41,584 bases of DNA, taken from Choristocarpus tenellus KU-1152. Taxonomy: Eukaryota > Protista > Phaeophyceae. Where the stretch lies: NCBI GenBank assembly GCA_964200185.2, contig CAXNAD020000030.1:1-41584 (forward strand), written 5' to 3'. The notes beneath the pieces are model-generated. The model had not been told where the DNA came from. It saw only the letters and a program-made list of their open reading frames with translations, and made no database searches. Each line of letters opens with the position of its first letter. The stretch's first letter is position 1. This document shows, piece after piece, positions 1 to 12,700 of the stretch. The translations under genes and the position numbers were made by a program.

Positions 1-3000
1 TTGGAGTTGGTCTTGTGTGGGTTGGGGGGCGTTGGTGGGGGGGGGTGGGGGGTTGAGGAGGGGGGGGGGGGGGGTGGGCAGGCATTGGTTAAGCCTCTCT
101 TGGCGGTGTATGGGGCATCGATGTCAGAGGAGGATCAGGTGGGTCTGTTGGGGTTCTGTTTTTTGATGATGTTGTTACTGTTGCGATTTTGTTTTATTGT
201 GTGTACCTAGGTGTCACTCGTAGTCCCCTTCCGCCTGCCAAGATTAGTCAAGATTAGTCCCATTTTTTTTTTATTCTTTTTGAGGATGCCCTTTTTTATT
301 CCAAAAGACTGTTGCAAGAGATGCTTCTTACTGGCATACCTATATTTTTTCTAACCTTTATAGCTCCATGATAATGTCCACAAGTACCACTAGATTGAAC
401 CATGGTTATCTGATCCCAAAGTACGTCTTCACCCCTTCCACAAGTTGTTTGTTTTTTACAACACAGATGGGCTGTCTCTCCCCCTCCCCACTCCACACCC
501 ACCCCTTGTCCTGCACATGCCCTAGCAAGGTGCTGCATTTATTGACGTGGAAAATGTATTGGTTCTCGATCCTAACTTGCCCTTGTACCCAAGAGGTGCC
601 TCTTCTTTGCATGGCAACTCAATGGTATTTTTATTATTGTTATTTTGTGTTCCTTTATTTTCAGGTGGTGGTGAGACTTCTCTATCTCTTGCAAAGAGCT
701 GGCGCTCCCTTAGACCCCAACCTGGCCAAGTGGGGCTCTGCCACTGCCACTTCCAATACCTCAGAAACCCACCCGTTGTTCTTGACCAAGGGGGGTGGGG
801 GGGGGCAGGGGGGAGCAGGGTCTGGGTTGCGTCAGAAGTGGGAATGGCTCATTGCAGCATTTGACCCCCGACGGTTGAAATTTTCACTTGAGATGTTTCC
901 TATTGATCGCCCCGTTGATCCACCTCCCACATCCTATGAGACATGTGGGACGGAATTGAACCAGGCCACTGAGGTAGTGGGAGAGGGAGATGAAGAAGTA
1001 GAAGTTGTCCACGAAGGGGAGGAGGGTGAATATGAGATGGGGACAAGACAAATGTTGGGTACTGGTTGGAGTACGCAAGAGTTGGATGGAGACATTGGGG
1101 ATCAGGGCAAGGGGGAGGACTGTGACACTCACCTTGAGCTGGCCTCGGTGGGAAGGATGAGGAAAGAAGAAGTGTATGACCCAAGCTTTGTCCTTCCTCT
1201 GGTGGATTGGGCTCTAAGGGTGGCGGGTGCCCCTGCCCAGGCGGTGAGTAAAGAGTTTCTTTATGGTGGGAGGCTTTTGTTTGATCTTGCAGGTTTTGCA
1301 GTGTTATTTGAGGGAGTTTAAAGAATAGTTGATCTGTGCCTTTTTGCATTGCAAGTTTGTTGTTGTCCTGTATAGCCAAGGCAGTGATAGGGTAGGGAGG
1401 GGGGGATATAGAGTGAGCCCTTGAATCTCTCCAGTAATTGTGAAAGTGCCCTGTACCTTGCTAACGTCCACACACCATTTGATCTGCTTCCTTTGTGAAT
1501 CTTAGGTTCTCAATCACAGCATGAACCCCTTCTATTACCCAAAACCATCACATCACCAACACATAACCGGGCCACCAAGGCCACCTTTTTTTAGGCTAAA
1601 GGTCGATTCTAACATCAAAACACTGCTCCAGGTCGTGCAGTAGGTCCTCACCCTCCCCACCCCTCAGTATCTGACAACAGCTCCCCTAAGATGTTGACCT
1701 TATCGGTAAACTGGAACTCTAATTTTTGTGTTTTTTTTTCTCCTCCTCCAAGGTCTGCCAGCGAGGTCTGCTAGGCTACCTGTTGATGGCCACATCTAGC
1801 CTCTGTAAGTCCACAAGGACAGTGGGGTATTCCTGCCTACAGCAAATACTCAATTCTTTGATGCAGGTGACACAATCTTTTTAATAGTAGTTTTAATATA
1901 TATTTTTGAAATCTAGTTGGGCATACACTCTACACATATCTTCTGAGGTTGCAGGATTTGTGTCTCTTCCGGATCTACTGTGAGTGCCTTGATAGGACCT
2001 CTCCATCCCTCATTGCTGTTGGGAATGATGTGACATGTGTTTAAGGAGAAAGGGAGAGATTATTAGGAGTCTTTTACCTCTATGTGAATGGTCTTGAAAA
2101 GGTCCTGGGGCATGTATATAGCACTGGTGGTCTTACAAGCTTGCACCAAGGTGCCACTAGTTTTTCACCCCATGGTTCGGTCCTGTAATCCCAAGGCTGT
2201 TGCAGCTATGCTCCCAAATCTACCTAAATCTAACCAACATAATACCAGGGTTAGGGTTAAGGTTAGGGATGTGCCTTACATTTTTTTGGCAATTTTTTTT
2301 TTCTTGTTTTATAACTGACAGTGAAGGAGCTCCCCAATAGTCATATCCCCAGACCTCAATCCCTACCACCCCTCCCTCACCCCCATACTGATGACCTTTG
2401 ACTGCCATCCATTGACCTTTGTTTCATCTCTACCTTCCTCTGTTGAACCTACTGCTATACCTTCCCTAACCTTGACTGATCTCCGTTAGACTAATCTGCA
2501 CTCATCTCTGCCATGCATTTTTGCTCACCCCTATCCCTATCCCTGGCCCTAACCCTATACCTTTTCTCCAGGACAAGAAACAAACAGACAGCCGGTTTAA
2601 TCAACGGCCCCAGCTGGCTCTTCTCCTTCGCTGTTTAAGAGATAGCCTAGACGTTCCCTTCCAGAGGGTACCATGTGTGGTAGCTGTGTTGCTGGCACGT
2701 GCTTCTGAGGTGGTTATGTCCACCCCGGGTAGTGATGTGTACAAGGCTGTTAACAAGTGAGTCTCTGCGATGTGAATGTCAGTAAGTATGTATTGTTTGT
2801 GTCTGTCATGTGTGAATAGAATAGTATATTTTGTTGCATGGTATATGTGTTCCTGTGTGTGTTCTCCTCGCCTTGTCCCTGGCAGGCATTTTCTTGGAAC
2901 ACATCGGTGTTGGTATTTAATTGTCCTTGTGACTGTTTCAATCAGGGGAGGAGCAGCGAATCATGAGAGCTGGTCAGGGTTGTGTCTCTTTAGGGTTTTG

Positions 3001-6000
3001 TCTTGTTGTCTGTTTGAGCAGTACTACATTCCCAACCTCGAGAAAGTTTGAATTTGAAAAAAAAAAATGCACTGCCTTTTCTTGATTAAAACCATCATGG
3101 TATCAATTTTTTTCTCTAGCTCTAGCTCCAATCCTAACCCTTACTTGATCCAATCAACAAGTATAGAGAACGCATGCATTGCCCTCCCCTGGTCAACTCA
3201 GTCACATCAGCCTTATGCCAGTGCCTCACCGATGCAACCCATCTTCTCCCAAAAAACTTACGTCTCTTTTTCATTTTTCGCCCCGAGGAACACAGCTTCC
3301 TACTCCGTCGCCCCTGTATTCGGCTGCGTGAGCTCCCCATGTTTAACTCTCTTTTCACTGGAGTTCATGGATCTGGCGGAGGCATTGGGGCAGGGTCTGG
3401 GGCGTCTGGCCTCACCGCTGCTTCGCACCTGGACCCTGCCTCTGCAGGGAAGGCAAGACTGTGGCTGCTGAGGGGCTTAAGGGACGGTAAGTCCAGAACC
3501 CTGGAAGTATAAAGTTTGGTGTAGGGGGAGGTAGGCAGTGGAATGTGTGGAGCAATGCATACACGAGCAGAAGATAACGTTTTGGTATATTGTGGTATTG
3601 ACTGCTGATTGAGTGTAACCCTTCCCCCCCCCCTCCCTCCCTCCTGCCCTTCCCCACACTCATGTCTCTATCCCATCTTCATAACCTTGGAAGGCCTCCG
3701 GACTAGCCAAGACCTAGGTATTGTTGCGAGGGAGCGTGCTATTCCCCTGCTACTTGCCATGGCAGACTCTCCTGCTGGGGATGGAGATACGGCACTTATG
3801 GGGCTTGTACTGGACATCGTTTGCAGGCTTGCATCCCTGGAACAGTCAGGAACCAGGTGACCAGCGCTCACTCGGCCTCTACTCCTTCTGTTCATGATGT
3901 AGATGTGGGAGTCTTGAAAGCATGCTTTGTGATAGTGCTTATCAGTGCTTTGTCCAGAAATACAAAGAAGTCAATTTCAATCTTGTGTTTGAATTCACCC
4001 CACATGCTTTCAGGTACTTGCTCCTGTGATATTTCTGGAGGTGATACTTACAGCATTAAAGCAATAGTAACAACAATCCTTCAGCTCTTGGTATATTTGT
4101 GTAGAACTGGTTCATTAATCAAGTTTCTTAAGGTGGGAGTGGGGGGTGATCAACGTGACTTGATGTGGTCAATGTTGCTTCTGTCTTATCTTAATCAGCT
4201 GAGTGCTTGAAGTTAGTTCGTTTTCTTATTTTGCCTATTCTGGTGATGCTATAGTCTTTACGGATCACTTTATGTCCGCATCCATCATGGAAGTTGAAGG
4301 AAGAAAATATTTTCCAATTTCAGCATCAAATGTACAGCGCATGTTTTCCTTGCCTTGCCACTGTGGAAGTTGTTCCTACACATTTTTTCGACTTAATTTA
4401 AGGAGGGGCAACTACACCAGTTTCTGATGTTTTTTGTTGAATTTATTTTCAAGTTTTCTGTGTTGGAAAGATACGTATCAAGAGGGAAAGTGTTCGTTTG
4501 AAGTAGCACATTCATGAAGTTATCTGTATTCCAGGGTGCACTGGCTCAATGCATGATTGAATATCTGGCCTTTTGAAGTTGGTGCATCTATAATTTTATT
4601 TGTGACCCCTGTAGCTTTCTCTGCACTATAGCTCTTCAAGTAGTATCTAGATGTCTATTTTCGTACTGCGTTTTACCCGTATCATGACGTTACTGGACAA
4701 TCCTCTCCAATGGTGCCAGAGAGAGAGGTCGATGCATCAAAACAACACAACTCAGACTCAACATAAAAACACCATACTTGTAACACAAGCGGCCTATTTT
4801 TCGCCCTAACTCTGTCTTCCCCCTCCCTCCAATTTTTTCTTCCCCCCCCCCTCCTCTAACGATCTCTCTTCAGGTATCTCCTCAACACCATAGGTATCGT
4901 GGCATGGTGCCGTTTGGTTCTTGGCCGAGATCTCCCATCAACCTCATCCGCACTTGGTCAGAGGGTGGGAGGAGGAGGGGGAGAGCATGAGCTGGAGTCA
5001 AAATCCCTATCCCTGCCACCGGAGATGCAGATTGTTGTACTCCAGTTGCTGCGTACCTTGTTGCACTTGGGTCTGAAACTCAAAGACCCCCCTGTACTCT
5101 TGGTCCAAGAGTTTGCCCTTCTCACCCCAGATGTCATACAGTGCTGCTGTTCCAGGGTCAGGGTCAGGGCTGGGTCTGGGGTGGGAGCCCAAATTGTGAC
5201 AGAAGGTTTGGCTCTTCTAGTCGATGTGCACAGGGCGATGCGATCTGGATGTAGAGAAGAGTATTCTTTTTGGCAAAGCGCAATCAAGAAACCAGCAATT
5301 GAGTCTGGAATGGAAGTGGAGGAGGGAGGGGAAAGGGTGTGCGGGAGTAAGACTGGGTGGAGTGACGTCTGGGGACAGGAAGGTGAGGGGCTTGATCTGT
5401 CAATCAGAGAGGCTCTCTCTCTGAGTTTGGCTGTAGAGGCAGTGGGTGGTGTAAGTGCACCATCTCCAGAGGAATCTATTAATCTCCGATGGAAACTGCT
5501 GGGACTCCTGTCTTCACCTGGGGTGCTCGCAGTGAGAAGAACTGACGTATTTGGAGAAGAGATCGATGGGATGTCGAGGGTATTGGATAGAGAGGTTGAG
5601 GCTGCTGAGGGATTAATACGCTGGTGTATTAAGGCAGCCAATACAAAGTTTCGTTCTGCTACGGCCCACAATAGTCACAACTCTTTGAAGATAGGAACAA
5701 TGAGAAAGAATTCCAAGCAAAAGAGCCACATGGTGGATGCAGACACAATAGCTGCTCGTGGGGCATTGTGGGTGGTAGAACGGTTGCTAACTGGGGTAGG
5801 TGATCAGATGGGCCAAGCACCAGCAGTTGCACCTGGCATTGCCAATGCATTGAGGGCCTATCCCTCAGTGACCCTGTCAATACTAGGACTTGCTAACCCT
5901 TGTTCTATGGGACGCGCGCCCCTCTGCAGAATGGCTGTTTCCATTGCTCTTGCCCTCAGTCGTTGTGAACTCCCCCCCTGCTCTAAAAGTTCGGATCAAA

Positions 6001-6746
6001 ATTCGGTCAGATTGGACGAGGGCAAAAAGCATGAGGTAGGGGATGTCATGGGCCATGCGGATGCTGATGATGTGCTCCATACTCCTTCCTCGCTATTGCT
6101 TGCTCTCTCTCCATCACTCCAAAAGATGGTTGCCAATCCTACAACAATCTGTTTGCACCAAATAGTAGAAGATGTTGGAACAATGACGGGTAGAGAAGCT
6201 GCCTCAATGAAACCCCTACCGTCCTCTGTGGGCTCATCTTATTGGCTCTCTCTGACAGCTGCATCCCTCTTGACAGAGGTGATGACAGAGGACCCGGCGG
6301 GGGTGGCTCCCCTGTGCTCTGTCAATAGGGTTCAAGGGGATACAAGTAAGCAATTGTTGGGGGTAGAAGATGCTGCCTCTGGTGCCTGGCGCCTCCTGGT
6401 TAGTGTTTTGCCACAAGGTTTAGAAGAAGATTCAGACTTGAAAGCGTTTGCAGATCTTGTCCGTGATGTGGTTTGCAGTACAGGTAGGAATGGTAATGGG
6501 TGTGATAGTGCAGATGGAATAGATAAACGTGGTGAAGGTGAGAAGGATACTGGCCATGTAGTTTTGGACAAGGAAAAAGATGAACCCATGCCTGGGTCAC
6601 CTATTGCAATAGCCAAGAGTTGTGACAAGAAGCAGGCCATGGGGAGGACGGGGAGAAGAAGTAGTGGGAAGAAGCGCAGTAGAGGAGTTGGTCGTGATAA
6701 GGCAAAGAAGAGAAGGAAGAGTTTTTTTGATTCCTTCGTTGATTGA
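1..6746 (+). CDS. URB1: Nucleolar pre-ribosomal-associated protein 1 (URB1/Npa1), C-terminal part; 7 exons visible, 5' end outside window
   Basis: Exons 1-138, 665-1243, 1753-1866, 2572-2756, 3296-3486, 3694-3856 and 4874-6746, all joined by GT-AG introns with consistent phases. The spliced protein carries URB1/NopRA1 motifs in the expected order: LLAVYGASMSEEDQVVVRLL, VYDPSFVLPL, LLMATSS...R..GY..L, FNQRPQLALLLRCLR, QRVPCVVAVLLARA, VYKAVNNFLLRRP..LRELPMFNSLF, RLWLLRGLRDGLRT..D, IPLLL..ADSP, YLL..GIVAW. The basic C-terminus (GKKRSRG..KAKKRRKS) is NLS-like. Confidence 0.88.
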
Positions 6747-9700
6747 AACACTTAATATATATACATCCCCTTCTCCGATTTTCTTGATGGGAGTATTGTG
6801 ATATAAATGTATCATGACCAAACTCCTCAGCCAGATTCAAACTGAGAAACACTTACTCGACTTGTGGGTGTAGCGTTCTTGAGCCCAATGAAAAAATATT
6901 TGAGAGGTAGGTGGGTTCATGGTTAGAGATACATTCAAGCACACAGACAGGGTTATAGTGGAGGGGTGGGGATTGGTCCCCTTTACCAAGTGCCTTTAGG
7001 TAAACCTGAATTTGGCCAGAGTGTGGCTAGACCCCCTCATGCAAGCTTGTGACAGGATAATAATGCGTGGGAAAGGGAGGAGAGAGAGGAAGCTACCCTC
7101 TTCCTGCACCAATCTCATGATTACTAGGGAGAGGCAAGTTTGGCAGGGCGGAATGCTGGATCTGCGAGTAAGCGGTAGAGTACTAATCATGATAGACAAC
7201 AGTGTGGATTATTGATAAATTTGTCACACCTGTGCATCAAGAAAATATGTATGCCAAACTGGTAGGTAGATAGGTACAGAGTTTGCACGTCTCCAGATAG
7301 CAAAATATACAATTGTTACAGAGGTCACCAGTAATTTCCTCGTTATGTTAAACAAAAGATGCGATCAGCCAAGACAGGGATGACTTAAGTTCGTGACGAA
7401 GTGTACACAAACGTACACTCTCCTCTTGGATACTTACCTACTTGTTCGTATTGTAGGATCAACACAATACATGTACGAACCTGTACTTTGGTACTGAAGT
7501 AACACAGACTTACATTCTCAACCATTTTTTTGCCTTTTTTTTGTAGATTTTGTCCCACCCGAAGCATCAGCTGGAAGTGTCCACACACCACCTACCTTTA
7601 CTCCAACTGTTAACCGTTGAGATACCACTGTTCCATTTGACTACGTAGCGAACAATAGTGTCTCGATGTTCAACAAAACCAGAGGTGGGAACCTTCCCAG
7701 CCTTGGGTCATCACCCCACTAATATCGCGCACTCCCCAACCAGTCGTGTCAATTTTCGTTTTTCCCTTTGAGCCCGTCCCTAGACCCCCCCTCTATCACT
7801 CTATCTACAGAATTCCATCCTCTCATGACAATCGGTAAATAACGGCATGTGGCACCCAAAGCATTTTTTTCACCTATTATGTAGGATATATGCAAGCCCA
7901 ATTACTGCACTTCATCTTGACATCAGTTAACTTCAGATTTCAAGTCCTACGCTAAGTAAGGAGAGGAGTGTGCCGCTTCTCATGTTCTGTAACACCTTGC
8001 CCCCTTGACCATGCGTTTGAACGTAGATAGAGTGAAAGTATCTCCGCGGGTACGAGTTTTGCCCCATTTGTCCATTTGGGGCTTGACTCCCCACAGGTTT
8101 ATGATGACATTTTACCTACTCCGAAATGTTCCGGAGTAGATAAAATGTGTACGTTCGTTTATGGAAAGGTGTGTCCGAACAAGGATGTTGACACTACTTC
8201 CTAACAAACACGATAGCCAAAATTACATCAATATTTCAACATTGGATTTTGGCCCCCAAACAGACACGGCTCTCTACCCTCCAAGGTACTTTGATTCATA
8301 CATCTCTCAGATTTGGTAGGGATTACATTGCTGCGAGAGGAGAGACAAGTAGTCCATAGTACAGTACAAGAAATAATGAAAAAACGATCAATATACATGT
8401 ATTTATGCATGTATGTGTACATAATGCTTCAGCTACTGAATAGTGTATGGTGTATTGTATCAGTAAGCACAATCCTGGAAATTGCTAAGTTTACAGCCAA
8501 GGGCAACTATCTAAGTAACAAATATTGTATGATGTAAATATAAATGTTTCCTACCAGAGCGAACGCAGCTAACAGCTGATACTTGGATGACAGGCAGGTG
8601 ACAGGCATGAAGGTTGCATCCCCTGACCTGCTACTTACTTCACGCACCCTATAAAAGGAACTGAAGGCTAGTGAAAAGGTAAGGCTACCGTCAGTGGGTC
8701 GGAAGTTGTCCACATCAACTTTCTGTGTAACCACAAGACAGATAACATCCATCCGTTAAAAAAGCACCACAAACACATGCACACCACAGTGGACATTATT
8801 GAGCTCAAGAAGACTGTTCAGGAAAGTCATTCATTAGCCCAACCAGTCGAGCAGACCATCCTTGTTGCGTGAAAGTTTGGTTTTTATATGTAACGTGGAA
8901 GCCGCATATGCAGACAAGCAACATCAATATTAAAAAAAGCATGTCTTGTTCTTCTCATCATAGCCTGTCTAGCACAGAGTGCTCTCTATAATCAACTACT
9001 TTCCCCCTCCTTGAATCAAACAAAAAGTGAGAGCTAACCTCGATGATCATTCTTAACACAAAATCACTTTATCCCAACTCTAGGAAAACACTCTTACTAC
9101 CTGATCTACCCAAATAAAACCCAGTATGATACGAAGCAGTTGGAGAGACTAACCACCTTGTCAGTACATAATACCTCCTGCTCACTTACAAACAGATTCT
9201 AAACTTCTGATAAAGCTAGAATCAAGAGCAACAGATCTTCACTACTACTGCATCCAGCCAAGCGAAGGAAGTCACAGAGCTCCCTCAATCAGCCCCTCCC
9301 CATTGACCCCATGCATCTGCTAGTTCTACTTCTACCTCAAAAATAGTTTGTAATACACTTAAGTACTGCACTTTTCACTCTCCCCTAACTGGGTTTTATC
9401 ATTTTCAACCAACAGGGCACCTTCCCCTCTACCTTAGTGTAGAGGTAGAAGCCCCTTTCCTGCCTGGCATGAGCCTCTGACATAACATTGGACTAAAGGA
9501 AGTTTATCATCTTCAGATAAAAGAGATCCAGTCACACTACTACAACTACTACAGCCATGTATGCCCCTTGCACAAAACCACAAACCTCCTCTCCCCTCAA
9601 CCCAAAAAGAAACTTAGTCACCATGGAGCGGGGATAATGGGTGAGGGCCATGGGAAAAGTCAAGGGGACGGGCATCAGACTCAACAAAAAAATGAGTAGA

Positions 9701-9767
9701 CAACCCTCCAGTTACTAGAACCAAGAACAATGCTTCATCAGCAGGGTATTGCAGAGAACGTAGAGCA

Positions 9768-12700
9768 TTATGCCTTCTTGGCCTTCTGAGCAGCAGCTGC
9801 AGCATTCTTTGCAAGCGAATATGCAAGAGTGCCTGTCACTGCAATTAGCGCTCCAATCATCTGAGGAGGAGCATTATGATGCAGATTGCCAAATGAAGGG
9901 TTACACACACATACATCAATGATGGACACAAGATGCTGTTCACACGCATCTCACATTCATGATTGTTAGGGTTAGGGTTAGCTACAATTGTATGTTTGTA
10001 CAGGGTATTTTCAAGTAACTCTTTCCTCAAATGCACTCAGTGGCGAATTCAAGGGGGGAGTGAAACTGTTCTCAATCCGTGACACTCAAGGCACCCGAAA
10101 CATACGTTTCAGGCATCCATTAACTCCAGAAATCAATGAAAGGGTTAGGGCTGTAGCAACAAATCAACAACGCTAGGACATGAAGGAGCTTAGGGTTAGG
10201 GTTTGGGTTAGGGTTAGCTACAATTGCAATCGGAGGACATTAAGGAGGACCAAATGCACAAAGAGGATTGCGCAGCCTCTTTGTACAGAAGTTTAGTTAC
10301 AACTTTATACTTAAAATTATGAGTACCACACTCAAGCAGTCAGACAAAGTACTATGTATTGGGCGTTTTTCCCTAAAAAAAAAAGAAGGACAAAGCCAGC
10401 TTTACCAACTTATCAACAACATATTCACCTTATTCGTGGTCATCTTCTCACCCAGGAAGACCACAGCAGCTCCCATGATCACAACACGCCTGATGTAACA
10501 ATAACAAACCATGGGAGTTGGTGTTAAGGTTTCGTGCACAAGGTCAAGGGGGATACTCAATGCCTAACCCTAACCCTAACCCAAGTTGCATACTTCCCCC
10601 CCCAAAATAGTCCTCATCTGTAGCGGTAACTGCTAACTGGAATAAACCTCACCTCTTCATCTCACTGAACCATATTCACGTACAATTACATCACAAGGGC
10701 ATATTGGAGGTCAAGAACCTTTTGACCGCTTCCATCAAATCATGTCCACCATCTCCACAAGCAGAGATGTCTCATTACCATTATCAAACTGATCAAAGGA
10801 ATACCCACGCTACAAATTCCTATAATAGAGAGCATTACGACATCAACAAGACGATCATTTCAAGTAGAAAGGGAAGGCACGGCTCTGACAATTCAAAAGG
10901 TTCTCACTTTACAGTGTTACCAACGGCAGTGGACACAGGGTCAAGCTTGCCCAGCACACGGAAGCCCATCTCGTTGTAGAGGTAGTATGTCAGCCCGCAC
11001 GAGATAGTTGTCTGCACAAAAAACATTTTTTTTATATCACAAGTGTTCCACAAATGCAAAAGTAGAAATGGGTGATAAGAAACTTTACACGCTTCAGGAA
11101 GAGCATTACAAGCAGACTACAACAAATCTTAACCCTAACCCTAACCCTAAGTTTTTGACAGGGAGAGTGAAAAAATATATATAATTTGAAACAAAAAACC
11201 CATTGCAGCAAGGTGGGGTCATATCAGGAACAACACAATCAAGAGGAAACATGATGACAACAATCCAGAACACAAGTGCAACACTTAGTACAACCTTCCT
11301 TGGGATTGCGAATATAGAAATCCGTTGTGACTTGGACAAGAACATGTCAGCCTTTTCTCTTCCTGTGTGTTGTCCAAAATATGTGTATGTATACATATGT
11401 ATTTGTTTGCACATTTCAAAAAAAGGTAAAAAGCTTCATCATGAATGCTGTCCCTCTTCAGTCTACGAGATTGTTCTAATTTCAGGTAATACAAACTCAT
11501 ACAACAAATGAAACCATATTTCCATGTATTCCTAAAGAAAAATTAAACTCAGAGCAACTCCTCACAGAAGTCTTGAGAGGATTTTGATCTACTATATTTG
11601 ATACTCTTAGTTAAGGACAGGTCGCCAATACATAGAGAAGTCTGTGAGTTCTGCTTAGTAGAGAACAATTTCTAATAGTACCAACATCAGTGTCCCATCT
11701 TTGGAGCAAACTGTACATGCACTCCAAGCCCAGTCTAAATACTGACCATCACTACACATCAAGCCATATCACACTTGAATGAAGCCAGCTCTCGAGAGCT
11801 CTGTACACAAACCCTAACCCTAACCCTCTATCAAACATTCCTCTATCACAAAGAACATCAAATTCAACTCTTGGTATCACAAACATTTTACTGAAAAACA
11901 TGAAAACAGCTAAATGAATCACTTCCACTAATAAAAAACAAAGGATAGCATCTTCTCCTCAAATGAATATCCATACGGCATTACACCTTTCCATTAATTA
12001 ACACAAAACAAATTTTATTGTCCCTTCAAACTTAGGGTTAGGGTCAGAGTTAGGTATAGGACAAAATAAATGGAAACGGTCAATAAAATGGTTTTGTTGT
12101 GAATTGTGAATCACAATCAGCTAAGAAAAAAAAAGTGATTTGTTCTTTTGTTATTGCTGTAAAAATAACTCTTAGTGCCGCTAGCTTACAGGTTATTTAA
12201 AAACATAATCACTCAAAATATAAACCTAGCACTATACAAAGCAAAACACAAAAGTAACAACCTCAACCACAGCATTCATAACCTGTGCTTGAAGAGGGAA
12301 ATAGATTTTCACTAACAGCAATATGCAACCAGAGACTTGAACTTTAGTCCTCACCTTGATCAGGGTGTACTGATCCTCCACAGCATCAAAGGCAAACTTA
12401 GCCGACGCCCCCTCAAGAACCAGAGCAGGGACAACAAGGATGATGCTGGACAGAATGGTCAGCACTGCATAGGTATTGGATGCGTTCATGTTCTTCTTCT
12501 CCTTGTACTCAGGTGTCATCATCTGTCAAACAGGCAGCATCAAAGACAGTTTCATCAACAGTTTCATCTGTCAAGCAGTTTGATTGCCAATAAGTAAGAA
12601 AAAAATACACACTGTGTCCCTTCTACAATTGACCCATAGGGTTAGGGTGGTGGGGTTGAAACATTAAAAAAAATCACATTTAAGCAAAACAAAAAATTCC

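Noticed and set aside
1244-1292. 49-nt intron with acceptor at 1292 in URB1
   Set aside because: It leads to an in-frame stop within 12 codons; the 1753 acceptor restores URB1 motifs.
4958-6751. Minus-strand ORFs of 237 and 139 aa
   Set aside because: Antisense shadows of the URB1 terminal exon.
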